A DNA stretch of 63,976 bases, filler included, from Chrysochromulina tobinii (taxonomy: Eukaryota), in the NCBI GenBank assembly GCA_001275005.1. It is 9 parts of 9 records of this genome, joined end to end, with 100 filler letters (N's around TTAATTAATTAA, not from the genome) between each part and the next. Parts side by side here need not be neighbours in the genome. Positions count along the whole stretch, not along the records: positions 56,149 to 62,603 come from JWZX01000149.1; positions 62,704 to 63,976 come from JWZX01000151.1; 7 more parts are not named here. One strand, 5' to 3'. Positions within the stretch are counted from its first letter, which is position 1. Every line of letters begins with the position of its first letter. This document shows, one piece after another, positions 58,173 through 63,976 of this stretch. The position numbers and the translations under genes were made by a program. A model generated the notes under the pieces. It made no database searches, was not told the DNA's origin, and was given only the letters and a program-made list of their open reading frames with translations.

Positions 58173-61100
58173 ATGATTCGGCCAGTCAACTCGCCGCTGG
58201 CCTTCCTGCGGGACGCGCTCCAAACGGTTGCGCTGCAGGGTCGCCAAGGCGTCCGCGTCGACGCGCTTTGGCCGTTGCTGCCGAGCGTTGGTGACGTGCG
58301 TCCTGCAGGCGACCAGCACGTGCGCCGATGGCTGTGGACGCAGCTCAAGGCCCATGAAGAGATGAGTGTCAGCCTCGCAGGGCACACGGTAGAGCAGATC
58401 AGGGCGTTCACGCTCGAAGAGGCTGGTGGAGTGCTCATCACTGCGAGCGAGAGGGCGCGCATGTGGATGTATGGGGTGCGAGACGGCTCCGATGAGAGCC
58501 TGAATCCATCCGAGGACATGATGAAGGTGATCGAGGAGCTCGCGCGGGCGGGGCCCCGCGGCATGCTACAAAACCAGCTAACAAAGGCGGTGAAGATCCC
58601 GGCGAACAAGCTCGCGTACACGCTCAGCGTGCTCGAGATGGACCACGTCATCGAGCGCGAGGCCGTGTGGATCAGCACGGCGAGCCTGCGCGCCGACCCC
58701 GCCGCCGCCACCATCCCCCCGCCGCCGCCAAGCTTCAACAAGTACGTCAACCCGATCCTGAAGACCAACTTGGTCACGTTGCTTGCGCTGCGCCCGGATA
58801 TCCCGATGGCGCCGCTCACTGCGTACAAGGGTCACTCGCATGGAGATGGGGGCTTGCTCGAGCGCATGGTGCAGCTGCTGGCTGCCTCGCCTCATGGACT
58901 GCTCCCGTTCTTCAAGCTGCGCATCGACCTGGGCATCGCGACGCGCGAGGACAAGGGGGTATGGAACCGGCTCAAGGAGCGCGCCCTTCAAGACGGACTC
59001 ATCGAAGAGGTCAGCTTCACAGTCGGAGGGGCCAGCTTCACAGTCGGAGGCGCAGCCGCTGGCGCAGCAGCTGGCGCGCTCGGTGGTGCGGCTGGGGCAG
59101 TTCCCGATGCGAGTGGTTACCGGCCACGCGCAGTGCGCCGTGGCATCCGGCTGGTGCGCCGCACGCGGCCCGACAGTGTCGACGGCAGCGGCGAGGCCAG
59201 CAGTAGCAGCAGCGCGCCACCGGCGCTGCTCGACCACGCCCCGTTGCTTCAGATGCAGAGCCACCTCGAGCTCGCCCGATCTGCCGGGATGCTCGGCGTG
59301 AGCTTTAAAGAGAAGCTGCTGCTCCACCCGAAGCACGTGACGAAGCGCATCGTCGACCTCGTCGATGCCCACGGCGTCTTACGCCGTTCAGAGCAGCTCG
59401 GACGTACCAAGGCCTTCCGCCTCTTTGCGCTTGGGACCGCGCCTGCTGGCGGTGCAGCCGGCGCGGTGGGCGGTGGCAAGCGCTCCGGCATGACGAGGCT
59501 CGTGAGCGACCAAGGGCGCACGCTGCAGCAGCAGCAGCGGCGCCAGTGGCTGCTCGACCTGGTGACTGCCGAGGGCGTCGTCGCCACGGAGACTCTCCGA
59601 TCCTTTCTGCAGCACAAGCAGAACGCCGCGGCAGCGGCAGCCGAGGCGGCCGCGGCGGCCGAGGCGGTCGAGGCGGTCGAGGCGGCCGAGACGGCCGAGG
59701 CGGGTGCGGGCAGCAGCAGCAGCGTTGGCATGCTCGGGCCGCTCGGAGGGCCACTCTTAGGGCCGCTCGCAGGGCCGATCGCGCCGCTCACGCCTCACCC
59801 ACCGCCGCCTCGGCCGCCGCCGCCTCGGCCGCCGCCGCCTCGGCCGCCGGCGAGTATCATCGACCGAAAGACAGTGCTGCGCATGACGGATGAGATGCTC
59901 TCAGAGGGCCTTCTGACCACACTCATCGTCGACAACCCTCTCGCACAGGGGCAGGCTGCCTCGGGAGCGGCGCCCTCTGCCAAGCCCACTATGGTGGGCG
60001 ATCGATCGAAGCTCGTACTGCTTGCGATGCCGGGCGTCACAACCGATGGGCCAGAGGTCGCCCGGCTACTCCAAGCGATCAGTGCCGCGGGCAGCTGGAA
60101 GGTCTTCACGACGCGCTCCATTGCGGCTCGTGTGCCCGAGAGCCAAGCCATCCGTCACAAGGCACGGCCGCTCCAGATCGCCGGACAGCTCGAGCGGAGC
60201 TCGGAGCAGCAAGGGCGCTTCCAGGGGGGGCATGCCCTCGCCCTTGCGCACGTCGGAGGCGGCGACGGCGGCGGCGCGGCGGGCATTGGTGAGACAGCGG
60301 AGCGCGGTCGCGGTTCTGGGCGCGGGCGCGGGCGCGGCCTCCAAGTCTCAGCAGAGGGTCGCCTGATTGGTAGCTTGGGCCGCGGCAAGGGCATCAAGCG
60401 CGAGCGGGACCCACGTACCGACTCGGCCGTTACAGACTCGGCCGTTGCCTCTGCGGGGGCGATGCACGAATTGGCAGGTGGCGGTGGCAGCGTCACCGGC
60501 CCTGGCGCTCACAACAGCGCTGGCGTAGCGACGGGTGCCGGCGGCTCACTGTTCGACGGGAGCGCTGTTGTGAGCGCCCAATCAGCATGCAATCAGAGAC
60601 AATCAGGCGGCTCACAACTGTTCGACGGGAGCGGCACCGTTCTGCCTGCGACCTTTGACTTCCCGTCTGATGGGCACGATCTCGACGGCATCGGCCAGCT
60701 GCAGCTTCGGTTTGGGTACGTGTGATTGCATCGGATGGCGTCTGATTGCGCCCCTCATCAGCTTCGGTTTGGGTACGTGCCCGGGCGCGCGTGGCGAGTG
60801 TCTCTGATTGCATGCTAATTGCCCCCCTCATCAGGTACGTGCCAGGGCGCGCGTGGCGTGCGGAGCGCCTGCATGGCATCGTGCTCGACATGGCGCGCGC
60901 CTCTCTTGCCGATCGGGCGGGGGATGCCGAGGCGGCGACGGCGGTGGCCTGTTCCAAGCTGCCTGGTGGCGCTGTTGGGCTGTGGGGAGAGCACGAGAGG
61001 CCTGTCCCCAGCGCTGGTGCGCCGACTGCCGGCGACGTGATGGCAACGTCGGCGGAGATGGCGACCTACGCCGCGCCGCCGCCGCCAAGGGTAACGACGG

Positions 61101-62603
61101 GCGCGGCACCTTTTGCCATGGCCATGGCCGTCGACGCCGCGGAGGCCGCAGCCGCGACGGCGGCGGCTATGCCCATGGCCATGACCGTCGCCGTCCCCGC
61201 TGACGCACCGTCTCGCGGCGCCGTGCCGGGCACCCTGGCCGCTCGCATAGAGACGAGCCAGCTGCTTCGGTCACTGCTGGTCACAGACTATCTCGCCCTG
61301 TGCGGTCTCGGCGCCCTGCCGCCGGACTCGGCCCGCTTGCTACACGAGTGCCGCCGCCCCGCAGGCGTACCTGCCGCTCGCGTGCTCGATCTCCCCTCGG
61401 AGATCGAGCGCTTCCTCATCGGGGACGGTCCTCAGAGCTCGAAGGCGTCCCAACGGCTCGGCCAGCTGCTAGGGCTCCTCGAGAACCTCGGCCTCCTCGT
61501 CTGCGACTCGAGCGCCGTCTCGAGCGCCCCGCCCGGCCACCACCCCACCGCCTTCTACGTGTACACTCACGCCGGACACGCCACGTGGCACGGCGGGCTG
61601 CCCGCCGAAGGCACCCCTGTCGGCGCCGTGTCGGGCACCCCAACCGAAGGCGGAGGGCCATCTGTGGCGTCGGCCGGCGCTGTGTCGGGCACCCCAACCG
61701 AAGGCGGAGGGCCATCTGCGGCGTCGGCCGGCGCTGTGTCGGGCACCCCGACCGAAGGCGGAGGGCCATCTGTGGCGTCGGCCGGCGCAGAGCCAGCACC
61801 AGAGGGCGTGGAGCCACCGGTGAGCACAACCTCCGCGAGCTCTGTTTCGTCATCGACCGCTCACTTGTGGCGGCAGTTTGATCTTTGCGAGCCGAGCGAG
61901 CGCGCTGCCTATTGGGTCGCCCTCAAGGCCATCTGCGCCGACGAGCTGCCTAAACGCGGCTACCGCGGCCGCGGCGCCGTGCGGGGCGGCGCCCACGCCA
62001 GCCACGCCATGCACGCCGATGTGAGCGGCAGCCGCGACGCGCCGCCACCAATCGCCAAGGCGGCGCTCCCTCCACACTTGCCCGCGAGGGCGCATGCCGT
62101 CCTGAGCCAACTTAAAGAGGCCCAATGGTCCACGAACCGACCCCTCACTTCGCTTCAAAAGTTCCGGCTTTCGCAGGCAAACCCGAGCGCTCTGGCCACG
62201 TCATCGTCAGCCGAGCTCGTCGCGCGCGCCGACGAGCTTGAACTGCACCCGGAGCAACTGCTCCACTACGTGCAGTCGCTGCCGAGCCGCTTGCCCAAGC
62301 ACACGAGCACTGCCGAAGGGGGGCTGGCGCAGGCGGCGCCTCCCAAGCGGCGCAAGTCCGCAGCTTCGTCAGTTTCGTCAGTTTCGTCCACCATGGGCGG
62401 CATGGGGCGCGGGAGCGAGGGCCCTACGGAGGATGCGCCCGAGGAGCACCTCGAGGGCGGTGTGAACCATTCACACCTCGAGGGCGCGAAAGGGCCCATG
62501 GCTCCGCCCCCGCCGGCGGTACACATGCGATTTGGGCCACCGGCAAGCACCAAGCGCAAGCGGGTGAGCAGCGGCGCGGGCGGCGCTGGCGGCGCTGGCG
62601 GCG
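58173..62603 (+). CDS. GTF3C1: TFIIIC B-block-binding subunit (GTF3C1/Tfc3-like), 3'-partial
   Basis: Exons 58173-60715 and 60835-62603. VALQGRQGV...LW, ITASERAR, IEELARAGPRGMLQNQL..L..L (winged helix), IDRKTVLR, FGYV..R..RLH. Confidence 0.75.
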
Positions 62604-62703
62604 NNNNNNNNNNNNNNNNNNNNNNNNNNNNNNNNNNNNNNNNNNNNTTAATTAATTAANNNNNNNNNNNNNNNNNNNNNNNNNNNNNNNNNNNNNNNNN
62701 NNN

Positions 62704-63894
62704 CGCGGGCACGAGCAGCCCATAGACCGAGGGGTAGTCACGGCCGATGAGGTAGAGGCGTGAGGCAGTGACGCGGTCTTGCATTGCCACCTCACCCGCG
62801 TAGGCTATGGCGTCGATCATCTCGCGCCCCTGGACGTCCGAGTCGAAGGAGTGCGAGCGCAACGCCGACGGAAGGAGTTCCATCGACGCGGCAAAGGCCG
62901 CGAACTGCCGAGCGAGCGCCGCATTGCCAAGGGTCGGGAACTGGGCCAAAGCCCCGGCCTTGAGCGAATCGGCCACCTCTCGGATCAGAGAGTCCGGATC
63001 ATCCCGCGCGTCCTGGGAGCAGCGATCGGGCGCGACCGCGCTAGTCCGAAGGAAAGCCTGGAACGGGAAGATGGAGGTCGGATCCACGCGTGAGCCGAGC
63101 CGCACTTTATGAAGCCAGTCCAGCTCGATCGGCGCACGCGCCGGCGCGGCAGCGATCGCCGCCCTTGGCGCCACGGCAGGTACCGCGGGCATCGCGCGCA
63201 CGGCGCGCACGGCCGGGACGGCGGGCACCCCTACCACCGCGGGCACCGCGGGCACAGCAGGCCGCCTGCCACGGGCAGCGACGGCCGCCCGCGCAGGCAC
63301 GGGTCGCACCGCAGGTATCGCCGGCACTCCCGCCACGCCTAAGACGGCAGGCACCGCGGCGATGCCTGGCGCACCGGCGACCGCAAGCGTGGCCGGCACT
63401 AAGAAGGGAGAGGGCACGACCAGCTCGCCTGCCCCCAACTGGAAGGGGGAGGGCTGAGGGCAGCGTGGCAGCGCCATCTCCAGCGCATCCAGGTGGGCCC
63501 GAGTAGAGTTGTAGGCCCGACCGAACACCCCGAGGCCCTCCTGCGCATCCGCGAAGCGAGCGAGCGGTCCCAAGTCCACCATCGTCAGCAGCTCTGACAG
63601 CTGCAGCATCGCGTCCGCTGCGGCCGTTCCCCAGTCTAGGTACATCGGCGCGCATAGCACACTTTGCAGAGCAAGAGCAGGGGCCGCAGCGTGCCCGGGA
63701 AAGACGCCTGACACGTCCACCCATCCGAGCGCGGGAAAGGCACGGTAAACGCCGCAGCCCATTGGCACGCGGAGGTAGTCCAGCAGAAGATTGGCTCCCG
63801 CCGGGGAGCATCTAGTGAAGAGGTGTGGCACCGCAGGCGGGAGGAGAGGAGCGAGCGGGAGCGGCACCGGCGCCGCAGGTGGTAATGCAGCCAT
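62704..63894 (-). CDS. Hypothetical protein with central (A/P-A-V)n tract, 3'-partial; possibly retrotransposon ORF1
   Basis: Open frame of about 400 aa, intronless, relaxed codon usage, breaks at a contig end; no catalytic motif visible. Confidence 0.5.
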
Positions 63895-63976
63895 TGATCT
63901 GCGCAGATGAAAGAGCAAAGCTCGAGGCGCGGAAGCACGTGAGCGCGCTAGTCTTGCTTATGTCCCTATGCACGAC

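Noticed and set aside
1..63976. tRNA, rRNA or an autonomous transposase/RT that could mobilise the cassettes
   Set aside because: None recognised by eye; the responsible enzyme, if any, is not identifiable in this window.

Overview
This is eukaryotic, GC-rich nuclear DNA. It is nine contigs joined by 100-nt artificial spacers (N44-TTAATTAATTAA-N44), so neighbours across spacers are not real linkage. Spliceosomal introns, an algal-type bipartite plastid presequence and repeat-filled introns point to a haptophyte alga, probably Chrysochromulina-like (inference). Recognisable genes: a giant Sfi1-like/coiled-coil protein whose 7.1-kb exon is missing from the ORF track, codanin-1, a TupA-like ATP-grasp protein, a DCD-domain protein, a stand-alone GAF/MYC_N-like protein, a SAM methyltransferase, a PP2C-cNMP-(pseudo)kinase fusion, a fucosyltransferase-like protein, a small plastid protein, a DUS, a sulfotransferase-GT4 fusion, a trypsin-like peptidase, an EF-hand protein, a PAN + GT-like protein, a 17-intron coiled-coil gene, a tandemly duplicated GT25, TFIIIC subunit 1 and two possible retrotransposon ORFs. 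The strongest signal is not a gene but an apparent intron-generating insertion process. Short insertions consist of one of two stereotyped 3'-splice cassettes (A: GCATGCAAGTGCTCACCACGGCGC..CCCCACAG; B: TGATTGCCTCCCTCATYAG) and/or 9-21-nt filler repeats, and are flanked by variable 7-45-nt duplications of the host exon. In sense orientation they form predicted GT-AG introns, with GT usually supplied by the duplicated exon copy. In antisense orientation, or without usable splice sites, they are seen only as in-frame peptide insertions. All gene models and family calls were made by eye; no searches were run.
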